A stretch of 64,000 nucleotides of DNA, taken from positions 96,001 to 160,000 of the forward strand of contig CAVPKK010000006.1 in assembly GCA_963705705.1 (NCBI GenBank), written 5' to 3'. The stretch is from an uncultured bacterium (lineage in GTDB: Bacteria > Babelota > Babeliae > Babelales > JABCYS01). How positions within the stretch are numbered: the stretch's first letter is position 1; the number at the start of each line of letters is the position of its first letter. A program made the translations under genes and the position numbers. Under the pieces are notes generated by a model. That model was not told the origin of the DNA. It saw only the letters and a list, made by a program, of their open reading frames with translations, and did no database searches. This document shows, in pieces, positions 1-9,578 of the stretch.

Positions 1-594
1 GATGAAAATCTCTCGCCAAATGCGCGTCGACAATTAATGGTTGATATTGCACGCAGCTTCATACATCGCGCGGGTGAAGTTCCTTACGTATGGGGCGGCT
101 GTAGCATGATTCATGGTTGCCATGATCAAGTTAACCAAAAGCTGGCGATGTCTCCCAAATCCGGCGAACCGATTATTTTTGATCGCAATCAACCGGAAGT
201 ACCACGAACTGGTTTTGATTGCTCTGGTCTCATATTGCGAACGGCAAACATGGCTGGAATACCGCTCTTTTATAAAAATAGTATTACTATGGCGCGGCAT
301 TTACGGGAAATAACAGATATCAACGATCTTAAAATTGGCGATGTTATTTGGATACCCGGCCACGTCATGATGGTCAGTTCGTTGGATAAAAATCTACTTA
401 TTGAAGCGCGGCATTATATGCACGGCTATGGCCGTGTACATGAAATACCATTGGATGAAGAATTTGCTGGTATAAAAACATATAAAGATTTATTGGCCTC
501 AATGAAGCAAAAAAAACCTATTATTCGCAAGGCTCGAAATGGAACTGAAACCGGGAAATTACGAGAAATTAAGCTACTGTCATTAATGGATTAA
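1..594 (+). CDS. NlpC/P60 family cell-wall peptidase, 5' partial (frame open from base 1)
   Basis: PYVWGG...GFDCSGL catalytic Cys motif, GDVIWIPGHV His motif. Confidence 0.85.
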   Translation, partial: DENLSPNARRQLMVDIARSFIHRAGEVPYVWGGCSMIHGCHDQVNQKLAMSPKSGEPIIFDRNQPEVPRTGFDCSGLILRTANMAGIPLFYKNSITMARHLREITDINDLKIGDVIWIPGHVMMVSSLDKNLLIEARHYMHGYGRVHEIPLDEEFAGIKTYKDLLASMKQKKPIIRKARNGTETGKLREIKLLSLMD

Positions 595-602
595 AAGAAA
601 AT

Positions 603-632
603 AAAAAGAGCGCCTCAGTTAAGAAGCGCTCC
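603..632 (-). terminator. Intrinsic terminator of the beta-helix gene, between convergent genes
   Basis: minus strand GAGCGCTTC-TTAACT-GAGGCGCTC followed by TTTTT. Confidence 0.7.
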
Positions 633-648
633 TTCAAGCTAAGCCTTT

Positions 649-2322
649 TTATGGGGTGACACTTAAATTTTCAAGATTCGGATCTGTTGAAGGATTCGGA
701 GTAGATCCAAGCGTCCAGTCACGAATTGGTGTGCCCATAGGGACTGTATAGTTCGCTACGCTACTCGTACGAACAGTGTTTTTTGTATACATGTTGGTTA
801 CATTTACCATTGAATCCGCATCATAGATTCCGTACGTATGATCAGCCACAATATTATTGGAAATGATGCAATTTGTTGAGGGAACTCCACCAATAGCTGA
901 ACTAGTTACCTCAATTCCGTAATCACCGTTAGCAATACTTTCGCAATTGATGATTTCGCCATTAACTTGTCCACTCAACTGGAAACCGCCAGAAACTCCT
1001 GTGCCGCCGGTGGTAGCCAAAGTATTATTCGTAGCTACACAATCTTCGAATTTAACATTGGAACCTGTCCCGCCTCCATCAGGTGCAGTATAAAAACCAT
1101 ATGCTACCCCGTTGGAAGGGAACGTAGTAGTGTTTATATTGCTTTGTGCAACGGAATTTTTACAGACAACATTGCTGCAAAGACGGATACGGAAACCGCC
1201 TGCAAAATTTCCTGTTCCGGAATTTCCATCGGCAGTACAGCCCGTAATGTTTATCCCATCACAACCGTATAATGACCATCCAACAGAATCATTGGTTCCA
1301 GCCGCACCTCCTGCAGGTGTAAATGATGAATTGCCATTTGCAACACAATTATCAAACGTCAAATTCTTGACGAACGTAAATGAAAATCCTTCAGCTTCTG
1401 AGAAACTTTGTTCTGTTCCCATAGATGTATTACTGTTGGCCTGGCAATTGAAAAAAGCAATATTCTCATGAAACGTATTAGGCCCACTAAAATCGAAGGC
1501 GAAGGCACCTACCGTTTTGCTGTCACCAGGTCCGCCATTGAAGTTGAATGTCGAATCCCAAAAGTAAATGTTTTTGCATGGGGATGCACCGGATATGGAA
1601 AATCCAAGTGATAAAGGAAATGAGCCGACTCCACCAATTTGATTTCGATCGAAATTGCAGTTTCGAGCATAAAGACCATCGGTACTTCCATCAACAGTTA
1701 GTCCCGAATAAAAGTTATACAAGCAGCGGACATTATCCAAGAAAATATCGTTTACGTTATTAAGTTCAATACCTGCATTGAACTGATCGGGGGTTCCGCA
1801 TGACAATACGTCTATCGATGAAAGGCTGAGGTTATTTACTGATTGGGCAACGATTCCTTCACCAAGGAAGCTATCTACTTGACCATTCATAACGGTAATA
1901 TTATTAATAAAGCCGGCCGCGAGAGGGTTGATACTAATTCCGAAGGCCGGTATAACATTTCCTGCTGCTTCTGATAAACGAAATTGGCTCAAATCTAATA
2001 CCACATTATCGGATAAGATTGCTATAGCAACGTTATCTAGACCGTCCGCATCTAGGGGATTAAAAGCAACATCTCCACGCAAGCAATAAACACCGGGTTG
2101 ATCAATAATATAGGTCTTTGAGAGAACGCCATTTGCATCAGCGAAATCCGATGGAAGTATCGTTGTACATTTGCAGGAACAATCAAGCAATGTCTCAAGA
2201 TCTTCTGTGATCTCGCATAAGGTTTCCTTGATGCAATTACTGCGGCAATCGGCAGCATTGACTTGTGCAAATAGGAATGCAGCGCTCATTGTGAGATGCA
2301 TTATTTGTTTGATGATCCTCAT
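649..2322 (-). CDS. Secreted right-handed parallel beta-helix (pectin-lyase-like) protein
   Basis: signal peptide; IIDQPGVYCL...DNVVLDL start motif; repeated N-C-x-A-x-x-N/GF strands; RBS GAAGGAG. Confidence 0.8.
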   Translation of the reverse strand: MRIIKQIMHLTMSAAFLFAQVNAADCRSNCIKETLCEITEDLETLLDCSCKCTTILPSDFADANGVLSKTYIIDQPGVYCLRGDVAFNPLDADGLDNVAIAILSDNVVLDLSQFRLSEAAGNVIPAFGISINPLAAGFINNITVMNGQVDSFLGEGIVAQSVNNLSLSSIDVLSCGTPDQFNAGIELNNVNDIFLDNVRCLYNFYSGLTVDGSTDGLYARNCNFDRNQIGGVGSFPLSLGFSISGASPCKNIYFWDSTFNFNGGPGDSKTVGAFAFDFSGPNTFHENIAFFNCQANSNTSMGTEQSFSEAEGFSFTFVKNLTFDNCVANGNSSFTPAGGAAGTNDSVGWSLYGCDGINITGCTADGNSGTGNFAGGFRIRLCSNVVCKNSVAQSNINTTTFPSNGVAYGFYTAPDGGGTGSNVKFEDCVATNNTLATTGGTGVSGGFQLSGQVNGEIINCESIANGDYGIEVTSSAIGGVPSTNCIISNNIVADHTYGIYDADSMVNVTNMYTKNTVRTSSVANYTVPMGTPIRDWTLGSTPNPSTDPNLENLSVTP

Positions 2323-2352
2323 TGGATCTCCTTCAGTTTGGTTGATATAAAC

Positions 2353-2396
2353 AAAAAAACGCCATCTCGAGTATCAACTACTTCTCGAGATGACGT
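2353..2396 (-). terminator. Strong intrinsic terminator about 30 nt upstream of the beta-helix start codon
   Basis: ACGTCATCTCGAG-12 nt loop-CTCGAGATGGCGT followed by T-run on minus strand. Confidence 0.75.
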
Positions 2397-2662
2397 GAAA
2401 CTATTTCGGTACGATTCATTTGAAGGCAAGCTACAGTGGGAAATTGTGTGTGTGATATCACACGTTGCGCGATATGCACGTTAATGAAAATCATAACTAC
2501 TTCCAGGCGCATGACTATGCGCACATTATTTAACCGCTCAATTTTCTTTAATAAACTTAATTGATTTTTTGATTTAAGAACAAGAGTTTGTTTGTATATG
2601 CTGAAATATGCTTTTTAGAAAGCCATTTTCACAATACACGAACTTTTTTAAAGATAAGAATA

Positions 2663-3241
2663 TTAAATTTTAGGAATGCGAATTTTGCTTATCATTAATA
2701 ATGATAATACAACGAGAAGAGCACTGAGCCCACGAGAAGAAACTAACCAAGGAGCATGCTGAGCAATCTGCTCTTGGAATACGAGAAGAGTGGAAATCAT
2801 GAAGGCTGCACAGGTAGTTGGCAGGCCATTGAAATGCTGATTATTTGTGCTGGCATTAAAACGAGCAAGTCGATACAGCCCCGCGCAGAGGTAAAGGACT
2901 AAGCTGGCGATGCCTAACCGTGAAATTACTATTGATTGGCTATAAATGAGAACAACCGGCGCCAAGCAAAATGATACGCCGTCAGCTAAAGAATCAAGTT
3001 CGCAGCCGATGTCGCTGGTCACATTTAATGCACGAGCAATTCGGCCATCAATACCATCGAAAAAAACAGAACCAAGGAGGCACAATGCCCCTTTTGTAAT
3101 TTCGCCTTCAACGGCGTAAAGAATTGCAAAAAGGCCAAGGGCCGCATTTGCGAATGTTAATAGTTGTGGAATGGCTCGAGCGATGAGCCGATCTTGCTTA
3201 GTTCGGGCACGTACCTGACGTAATATTAATCTAGCGTTCAT
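2663..3241 (-). CDS. pssA: CDP-diacylglycerol--serine O-phosphatidyltransferase
   Basis: DGIDGRIAR...GCELDSLADGVSF CDP-alcohol phosphotransferase motif, RLARFN, FNGLP; adjacent to psd. Confidence 0.9.
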   Translation of the reverse strand: MNARLILRQVRARTKQDRLIARAIPQLLTFANAALGLFAILYAVEGEITKGALCLLGSVFFDGIDGRIARALNVTSDIGCELDSLADGVSFCLAPVVLIYSQSIVISRLGIASLVLYLCAGLYRLARFNASTNNQHFNGLPTTCAAFMISTLLVFQEQIAQHAPWLVSSRGLSALLVVLSLLMISKIRIPKI

Positions 3242-3317
3242 ATCGAAATCCTTTCGATACGCAAACTGCGCGGCGCTCGGTTGGCTGCTATTGCAGCCAC
3301 ACTCACTTTGCTGGTTT

Positions 3318-3974
3318 TCATAGGCTCAGACCTCCGATCACTGTTTGACCGCCGTATACCCGCTCACCAACGCGCACGGCAAGTGCAGCATTTGCGGGTA
3401 GGAATAGATCAATCCTTGATCCGAATTTAATCATACCATAAGGCGTCGCCGTTTTCATAGAGTCGCCCTGTTTTGCCCAGCAAACAATACGCCGAGCTAC
3501 CGTTCCGGCAATCTGTCGAACAAGGATAGAGCCGTGTTCAGTATTCAATATAACGTCATTCCGCTCATTAAGCTCAGAGCTTTCGGGCGCCCAGGCGACT
3601 TTAAAAAGGCCTGATTTATGCTCCACCGATTCTATGTCTCCTGCAGCTGGAGTCCAGTTTACATGTACATCCATAGGGGAGAGGAAGATGGAAACGCGGT
3701 AGGTATATCGCCCTTCTAGGGTACCCGTCGGGTCGTGAATAATATCGACTACCTTGCCATCGGATGGGGAAATGATAGCGCCACGATTATCGAATAGTTT
3801 TGGTCGACGCGTCGGGAAGCGAAAAAAATAGACGGAAAAAATGAAGAATACTAATAATGGGATTAATAAGGCAGGGAATAACAAGCCGAGGAGGGGAATG
3901 GGCAATAGAGTAGCCAGAAGGATTGCGCGGCCTTCTGTCCAGAGCAGGTTATTTTTAATGTATGTGTCTAACAT
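3318..3974 (-). CDS. psd: Phosphatidylserine decarboxylase proenzyme
   Basis: SPSDGKV, IFLSPMDVHVN, QIAGTVARRI, GMIKFGSR self-cleavage motif. Confidence 0.92.
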   Translation of the reverse strand: MLDTYIKNNLLWTEGRAILLATLLPIPLLGLLFPALLIPLLVFFIFSVYFFRFPTRRPKLFDNRGAIISPSDGKVVDIIHDPTGTLEGRYTYRVSIFLSPMDVHVNWTPAAGDIESVEHKSGLFKVAWAPESSELNERNDVILNTEHGSILVRQIAGTVARRIVCWAKQGDSMKTATPYGMIKFGSRIDLFLPANAALAVRVGERVYGGQTVIGGLSL

Positions 3975-4023
3975 GGTGCTTAACCTATTATGGTGCTTAA
4001 CCTATTATGGTGCTTAACCTATT
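3973..4023. repeat. Three perfect tandem copies of 17-bp ATGGTGCTTAACCTATT
   Basis: copies at 3973, 3990, 4007; overlaps the psd start codon and RBS. Confidence 0.95.
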
Positions 4024-4036
4024 AAGGTATTGTAAA

Positions 4037-4110
4037 TGCGCTCGGCTGGAATTGAACCAGCGGCCTACAAGTTAGGAACCTGTCGCTCTATCCGACTGAG
4101 CTACGAGCGC
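4037..4110 (-). tRNA. tRNA-Arg(CCT), CCA not encoded
   Basis: cloverleaf GCGCTCG...ACAGG-TTCCTAA-CTTGT...GGTTCAATTCC...CGAGCGCA. Confidence 0.93.
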
Positions 4111-4197
4111 TGAGTTAGTTCCATTTAGCGAGCTTACCCAATTCTGATTGACTGCCTCCAGATACTTAACCGCTCAGCGGGTCCAGGGCAAATGCCT

Positions 4198-4273
4198 TGG
4201 TGCGCCCGAAAGGACTCGAACCTTTAACCTACGGTTCCGAAGACCGGCGCTCTATCCATTGAGCTACGGGCGC
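4198..4273 (-). tRNA. tRNA-Arg(TCG)
   Basis: cloverleaf GCGCCCG...CCGGT-CTTCGGA-ACCGT...GGTTCGAGTCC...CGGGCGCACCA. Confidence 0.93.
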
Positions 4274-4358
4274 ATATTTCATACATTTAAAGGGACCAAA
4301 GTTTTACCAGAAAATAAGTTTTTAGCTACTACGATAACTTCTTCGTGGTCACTTACAG

Positions 4359-4388
4359 AAAAAAGGACGCTTTTTTACAAGCGTCCCC
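4359..4388 (-). terminator. Intrinsic terminator after ankyrin gene
   Basis: GGACGCTT...AAGCGTCC followed by T-run on minus strand. Confidence 0.7.
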
Positions 4389-4413
4389 AAAAGATAATTC
4401 TTATTAAACCCAG

Positions 4414-5268
4414 TTATTTTAGATATTTGGCAACATTTTTTTGATGGCCACGTCGACATGCTAACTCATAAGGTGTTAGTCCATGATTATCTCGAGCATT
4501 AAGGTCGGCACCAGCCGCTATTAGCAGTCTTATAATTTTCTTTGCTTTATCTTTTGAATAATAGACCAGAAGTGGCAGGCCGAAAAAACTCTCGTCAAAG
4601 CCCCGTTCGGCCATGTCATGTAAGGCAGTATATCCGTTTACCCCTTTATCCTTTTCATTTGGATTAGTGCCTAAATTAAGAAGAAGTCGTACTAATTCCA
4701 CATCTCCCATCCAAGTTGCATGTCGCAAGTGCATTCCAAGATCGGAGGCTTTAGCTTCATGTGCCAGAAGTAATTCTACAATTGGTAAATTATTGCCTCC
4801 TATGGCACTACTAATTGCAAGATCCAAAACTGTGCGGCCAGCTGAAATAAATCCACTCTTCCTATCGGTTGGAACGCTTTTAGCATTTATATTGGCCCCA
4901 GCGGCAAGCAAAATATTCAAATTATTTTTTCTCCAAGAAAGATCCGCTGCTGCCCAATGGGAAGAAGCCGCCCACATCAGTGCCGTTTCCCCTGAATCAT
5001 TTTGCGCATTAACGTCAGCGCCCGCGTTCAAAAGCATATTCAATAAATCTACGGTAAGAACATAGTGGCGCAACGCAAAAATAATGGTTGTATCACCAAC
5101 TTCATTTCTGGCATTTCCATTTGCGCCCGCAGCGATAAGCTTTGCCACTTCCTGTATTTGCCCGCCAGCCCCAATTGACTTGAATAGTGCCTCATCTAAG
5201 GATTGATTTTCAGCAATTAAAGCGCTACACAAACCCATTGTCAGAATAATTTTGGAAATTGCATTCAT
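4414..5268 (-). CDS. Secreted ankyrin-repeat protein
   Basis: signal peptide; repeated GAD/NxNAxxxxGxTAL ankyrin motifs. Confidence 0.9.
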   Translation of the reverse strand: MNAISKIILTMGLCSALIAENQSLDEALFKSIGAGGQIQEVAKLIAAGANGNARNEVGDTTIIFALRHYVLTVDLLNMLLNAGADVNAQNDSGETALMWAASSHWAAADLSWRKNNLNILLAAGANINAKSVPTDRKSGFISAGRTVLDLAISSAIGGNNLPIVELLLAHEAKASDLGMHLRHATWMGDVELVRLLLNLGTNPNEKDKGVNGYTALHDMAERGFDESFFGLPLLVYYSKDKAKKIIRLLIAAGADLNARDNHGLTPYELACRRGHQKNVAKYLK

Positions 5269-5513
5269 ACGTTGCCTGCTTGATTTATCAAATGCGACTG
5301 ATTTAATGTTTTTTATTATGGACAGACAAGCCCATTTGTAAAATGGTATTTGGTGGCGCTAGACCATTAGAAACTATTTTGAGGGGACTCCACATCCAAT
5401 TAGAAATGGAACCAATGGTCTAGACCCTAATCCACCAACTGCTTAAGTAAACGCAGATATTCCTGATGACTTTCGTAGACTGCGAACGAGATAAAATTAA
5501 GAAATGCCTGATT

Positions 5514-6587
5514 TTAAGATAACGGCTCTAAAATAACTTCGTTGCCTCGACGTATATCGAGATGGTCAAAATTCTTTTCGAGATAGGTTACCAATTCCTG
5601 GGCCTTTTTGCTGCCGGGCACGCCTTTAATAGTAGCGAGCTTTTTAGCGACCGAATAAATGTTTTTAATGATTGCTGGCTTGCCAATTTCTTGGCTTACC
5701 GCCGCACGATTTTCCTTGGGCATCTCATTAAGCATTTGCTCAACCATATTTTTTACTTCTTTAGGCACAGCCTCGCGACGTGATGGGCCCTTTTTACCTT
5801 TGTTCCCTTTTAGAAACTCAAGCCCATGCTTTATTACACTCGCATCTCGTGCGCATAAGCCATAAACTTCCATTTTGATAAACGATAGTTCCTTATTTTT
5901 GGATGCCACTTGGCCAAATAGCAGATGTGATTTATTGGCCGGCAGAAGCTTTTCTAAATCACCATTTCCATATCTCATGTCGACACCAAACTGGCCATAC
6001 GCATCTTGCATCTCAGGGAAATGACTTGAATGTCGCTCGTAGGCAAAACAATTTTGGCTAATATATTTTGGATTACGCTTACCATTGGCTAAAGAGTCAT
6101 TGGCTTTTTTTGCGTAATCGAACAGGAAATTAAATACCTTATGGCCCTTATCTTCGAAAACGATCGTACCGCCAGTAAAACCTTCGCCCTGGCGAACTGC
6201 CTTATCAAATAAGGCCCAGGAAAGAGCAATAATCGCATTCAAATAATCTTTCTGAATTTCGGCAAACGGCTTATCAAATTTAACCGGAATCTTATCCATG
6301 GTTCCGGCCATAATTGCCTTAAGATAATCATTCCCCTTCTTAATCGCTGCTTGTGCCAACGCTTCATTCTTGGCATCTAATGCGTATTCAGGCGACTGGT
6401 CTTTAAGAAAAGCAACGGTTGAGCGCACTGCGGTCTTTTGCAATGGCAATGTTTCTACTTCATTGGCACTCTCGGTCTGCTCCACCTCGTGCTGCTCTTG
6501 ATATTCCTGAGGCTGTGCACCTTCTGTTTTTCCTATTAGCACTGGCGAATAAGCTAACAAACAAAAAATCCAATAGTTCTTAAACAT
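5514..6587 (-). CDS. Secreted hypothetical protein (start taken at MFKNYW)
   Basis: RBS AAGGAA before ATG 6587, signal-peptide-like N-terminus, long ORF abutting upstream gene. Confidence 0.75.
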   Translation of the reverse strand: MFKNYWIFCLLAYSPVLIGKTEGAQPQEYQEQHEVEQTESANEVETLPLQKTAVRSTVAFLKDQSPEYALDAKNEALAQAAIKKGNDYLKAIMAGTMDKIPVKFDKPFAEIQKDYLNAIIALSWALFDKAVRQGEGFTGGTIVFEDKGHKVFNFLFDYAKKANDSLANGKRNPKYISQNCFAYERHSSHFPEMQDAYGQFGVDMRYGNGDLEKLLPANKSHLLFGQVASKNKELSFIKMEVYGLCARDASVIKHGLEFLKGNKGKKGPSRREAVPKEVKNMVEQMLNEMPKENRAAVSQEIGKPAIIKNIYSVAKKLATIKGVPGSKKAQELVTYLEKNFDHLDIRRGNEVILEPLS

Positions 6588-6588
6588 G

Positions 6589-9078
6589 TTATTCCTTTCC
6601 TGCTTTGTCTTTAAAGATTTTCTTAAGTTTTTCGGCAACGCCTGAATACTTTTGTGTTTGTACCCCAGGCTCAAAGGTTAATGTGCCAAGTAGCTTACGA
6701 TATTGTTGGGCATCAGGACTATTCAAGTGAAGTTCATCCATTTTGTAATTATTTTTTTCTTTAACCACCTTAAATAGATCACCATCGGCTTCGAAATATA
6801 TTTTTTCACCTCCCAAATGACAATCTGACAGCATATTGCTAACCGAATTCTGCTCACCCTCCAGCATCATTTGCACCTCTTCAATTAAAAATGTTTTGCA
6901 TGCCTGCTCGTAGACATATTCAGAAAATAATAGCGATGGAGCTAATGCAGTGACCAATATACCAGGACCAAGTTTAATTCCTGCTAGTTTATGCGTTGCT
7001 CGACCAGGAACCATAGAAACAAAGCGAGGCAACTTATCCGCTGGTATACCGGTCATATCAAGTATAAATGGTACATTATGTGTATACAGCAATATCGCAG
7101 CTGGATATTCCGTCTCTGAAGAAGAATTTTGTTGCTTAAAGAATGCCTTTATATTGAGGGGATTGGCGCCACGAGTTGTGGCAAGAATTCTGCCAATAGA
7201 AACAACTCTATTTTGCGCGTCAACAACAGAAAACCATGGTAAGCCCGGGAATCGAATTTGCGCTGCTGTGAGACTTGTTGTTTTGCCCAATGATTCTTGA
7301 CTTGCGAGAAGCAATACTGGCTCAATGATTTTTTCATAGAATACGGGTACGTCTGATGAAAAGGCACGATCAAAAAACAATCTGAAATCATACGGCAATG
7401 TAAATTTAAGAGTATGATTTTTCCAATCAATCTCATCTACGGTCAATGGCAATTTAGATGCAAGCCGCATGGCACCATGTCCCGTTACCGGCTCATCAGT
7501 TAGTGCCGCGGTAATGATCGCATATGAATATAATTTTTGAGCGCCAGGTTGTTTTAGATCGGCATAAATCTTTTCGGCATTGGCGCCAGCTGCATAGCAG
7601 GATAAATAAACAAGAAGCCGTGTGTTTATTTTTTCATCAAAAAAACTAAGTATGTTTGGGAATGCCGACAATGGAAGGCCAACAATAAGGGATTCGATAT
7701 CGCCATGTCCGCTCAGGAAAATAGTCCAGGCAGGTATGTCAGCACTGCGATTTTCTTTATAATAATCGGCATTTAATACAAAGATTTTATTTAGCGAAGC
7801 AGCAAAATCCTGCTTATTCGGAATATTTTTTGCATTTTTACTTATATACTCTGTTAAGCCAACCGAAGGGATTTGAGGCATCGCATCAACATTAAGACCG
7901 AGCGAAAGCGCAAATTTGCGATCCACTGGTTGCCCTGATCTATATCCAGGAACAATTTTTTCTATAAAACTATTTGGTATCATTAAATACATACTATCTG
8001 ATGCAGCATTAAGAATAAGCCAGTCTTCTGGCTTAAATGTGCTATTAGCAACAAGTGCATGATGATACAGAAGGCTTACTTGTTCATAGGGTAATGATCG
8101 CATTGCTTTATATTGAGCAGCAATTGCATTATTGACTATTATATTGATGCTATCAAGAATAGATTTCTTTTCAGTATCAGTGATCTGTCCCTCTGTATGG
8201 ATACTATGTACTAGATCCACAATTTGAAGCAGCGGATTTTTTTGATAATCGGCTGATTTTCTCTTCATCATATTTTGGACTGCTTGTTGTCGTTTCAAAA
8301 AAGTATTGAATAAAAATGATGTTACTAGAATAGGTCCAGCTTGCCCTTCCAAAGCGGTCAAAAATTCTTCAGACATGGCACCACTGAAATTTTTTTCTGA
8401 TTCATCAATCAATACGATAATGCCTCGCTGCGGCTGATTATCTGCCACAATTTCCACAATAGGCGGTGCCACTTTTTTTATTGGGGCTGGCACTGGTGTT
8501 GGGACGGCGGGTACAACTACTGCTCGAGGAGCATTAAATTTTTTTGGGGCCTCTACTGGTTGAACAGGTGCCTGCGGTTTGGCGGAAGCTGAAGGTTTTG
8601 CTGGTTGCGCTGCCGGAATGGGCAGAGTTTTTGGTTGCTCCTGGACTACCGGCTTAGCCGGCCCGCGAGGTGCTACAAATTTCTTAGGACCAGCTGGCGC
8701 TTGCGGCTGGGCTTCCGCAGTTGCCGGCATTTTTCCTTCTCTAACGTATTTTTCAACCAGCACCTCAAAGCCAGGTCTATTCCTTATAACCTCAAAGATT
8801 GTTTTGCCTTTACTGTTTTTAATTGAGGTATCGGCACCCTTTTCTATGAGTAAATCAAGAATCTCCGGCTTGTATACGTCAAATAAGAATACCGCTGAAG
8901 GATCGCCACCTGCATCAAGCGCATCTTTAACCAAGCCATATTCCTGCGAACGTTCAGCAGTTCTTAATTCTTCATTGAGTTGCTCTTGTGTCGGCGCAAA
9001 ACATGGAGTTGCTAAAAAGAGGATTAATAAAAATTTAAATGCGAATTTTCGCTCTGACTTCAAGTATAGGTGCTTCAT
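6589..9078 (-). CDS. Secreted multidomain protein: ankyrin-like N-terminus, Pro/Ala linker, putative clan CD cysteine protease domain
   Basis: LLIEKGADTSIKNSKGKT ankyrin-like; PA-rich linker; IFLSGHG...LVYLSCYAAG. Confidence 0.7.
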   Translation of the reverse strand: MKHLYLKSERKFAFKFLLILFLATPCFAPTQEQLNEELRTAERSQEYGLVKDALDAGGDPSAVFLFDVYKPEILDLLIEKGADTSIKNSKGKTIFEVIRNRPGFEVLVEKYVREGKMPATAEAQPQAPAGPKKFVAPRGPAKPVVQEQPKTLPIPAAQPAKPSASAKPQAPVQPVEAPKKFNAPRAVVVPAVPTPVPAPIKKVAPPIVEIVADNQPQRGIIVLIDESEKNFSGAMSEEFLTALEGQAGPILVTSFLFNTFLKRQQAVQNMMKRKSADYQKNPLLQIVDLVHSIHTEGQITDTEKKSILDSINIIVNNAIAAQYKAMRSLPYEQVSLLYHHALVANSTFKPEDWLILNAASDSMYLMIPNSFIEKIVPGYRSGQPVDRKFALSLGLNVDAMPQIPSVGLTEYISKNAKNIPNKQDFAASLNKIFVLNADYYKENRSADIPAWTIFLSGHGDIESLIVGLPLSAFPNILSFFDEKINTRLLVYLSCYAAGANAEKIYADLKQPGAQKLYSYAIITAALTDEPVTGHGAMRLASKLPLTVDEIDWKNHTLKFTLPYDFRLFFDRAFSSDVPVFYEKIIEPVLLLASQESLGKTTSLTAAQIRFPGLPWFSVVDAQNRVVSIGRILATTRGANPLNIKAFFKQQNSSSETEYPAAILLYTHNVPFILDMTGIPADKLPRFVSMVPGRATHKLAGIKLGPGILVTALAPSLLFSEYVYEQACKTFLIEEVQMMLEGEQNSVSNMLSDCHLGGEKIYFEADGDLFKVVKEKNNYKMDELHLNSPDAQQYRKLLGTLTFEPGVQTQKYSGVAEKLKKIFKDKAGKE

Positions 9079-9122
9079 TTCTTCCCACTGTAATGCCTGG
9101 CAATATCTTGACTTGTAAGAAT

Positions 9123-9157
9123 AAATAAAGCGGTGGGCCAGGTTAGATCCACCGCTC
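9123..9157 (-). terminator. Probable intrinsic terminator
   Basis: AGCGGTGG...CCACCGCT stem followed by TTATTT on minus strand. Confidence 0.6.
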
Positions 9158-9185
9158 TATGTAATATCAAGGAACTCGCGGCCTT

Positions 9186-9578
9186 TTATTTATGAGGTTG
9201 ACCTTCTGCCGCCTCTTCTTTTTCTGCAGCTAGTTTTGCAATAAGAAGTCTTCGGTAATCTTCAGCCCGTGGCCAGCGGCCAGGATTCATTGCTTCAAAC
9301 TGCTCGATTTTTTGATGGATTGTTTTTACATCGAGGGGTTCGGCACCTACCAATTCATTCAGTTCATCACGAACAGCATCCATTTGCATTTGCGTGCCGC
9401 GAGGACCTTTACCACTTCTACGAATCTCATCGATTTTTGATTTTGGCGTTTTAATACCAACGCTTCGTTCTAAAGCAATAAAATGGTTTTGGGCATCTTG
9501 ATGACTGGCAGCGGCTGCGCCAGCTTTAATACTCTGAGCAGCGAAGATTGAAAGTAAAAGCAAACTGAATTTATGCAT
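9186..9578 (-). CDS. Small secreted hypothetical protein
   Basis: RBS AAAGGAA, signal peptide MHKFSLLLLSIFAAQSIKA. Confidence 0.7.
   Translation of the reverse strand: MHKFSLLLLSIFAAQSIKAGAAAASHQDAQNHFIALERSVGIKTPKSKIDEIRRSGKGPRGTQMQMDAVRDELNELVGAEPLDVKTIHQKIEQFEAMNPGRWPRAEDYRRLLIAKLAAEKEEAAEGQPHK

Noticed and set aside
3973..4023. CRISPR or iteron interpretation of the 17-bp repeat
   Set aside because: No spacers, only three copies, no replication initiator nearby
4148..4444. 98 aa ORF
   Set aside because: Antisense to tRNA-Arg(TCG); shadow ORF
8579..9118. 179 aa antisense ORF and similar shadow ORFs across the window
   Set aside because: Antisense to well-supported genes, without RBS or motifs
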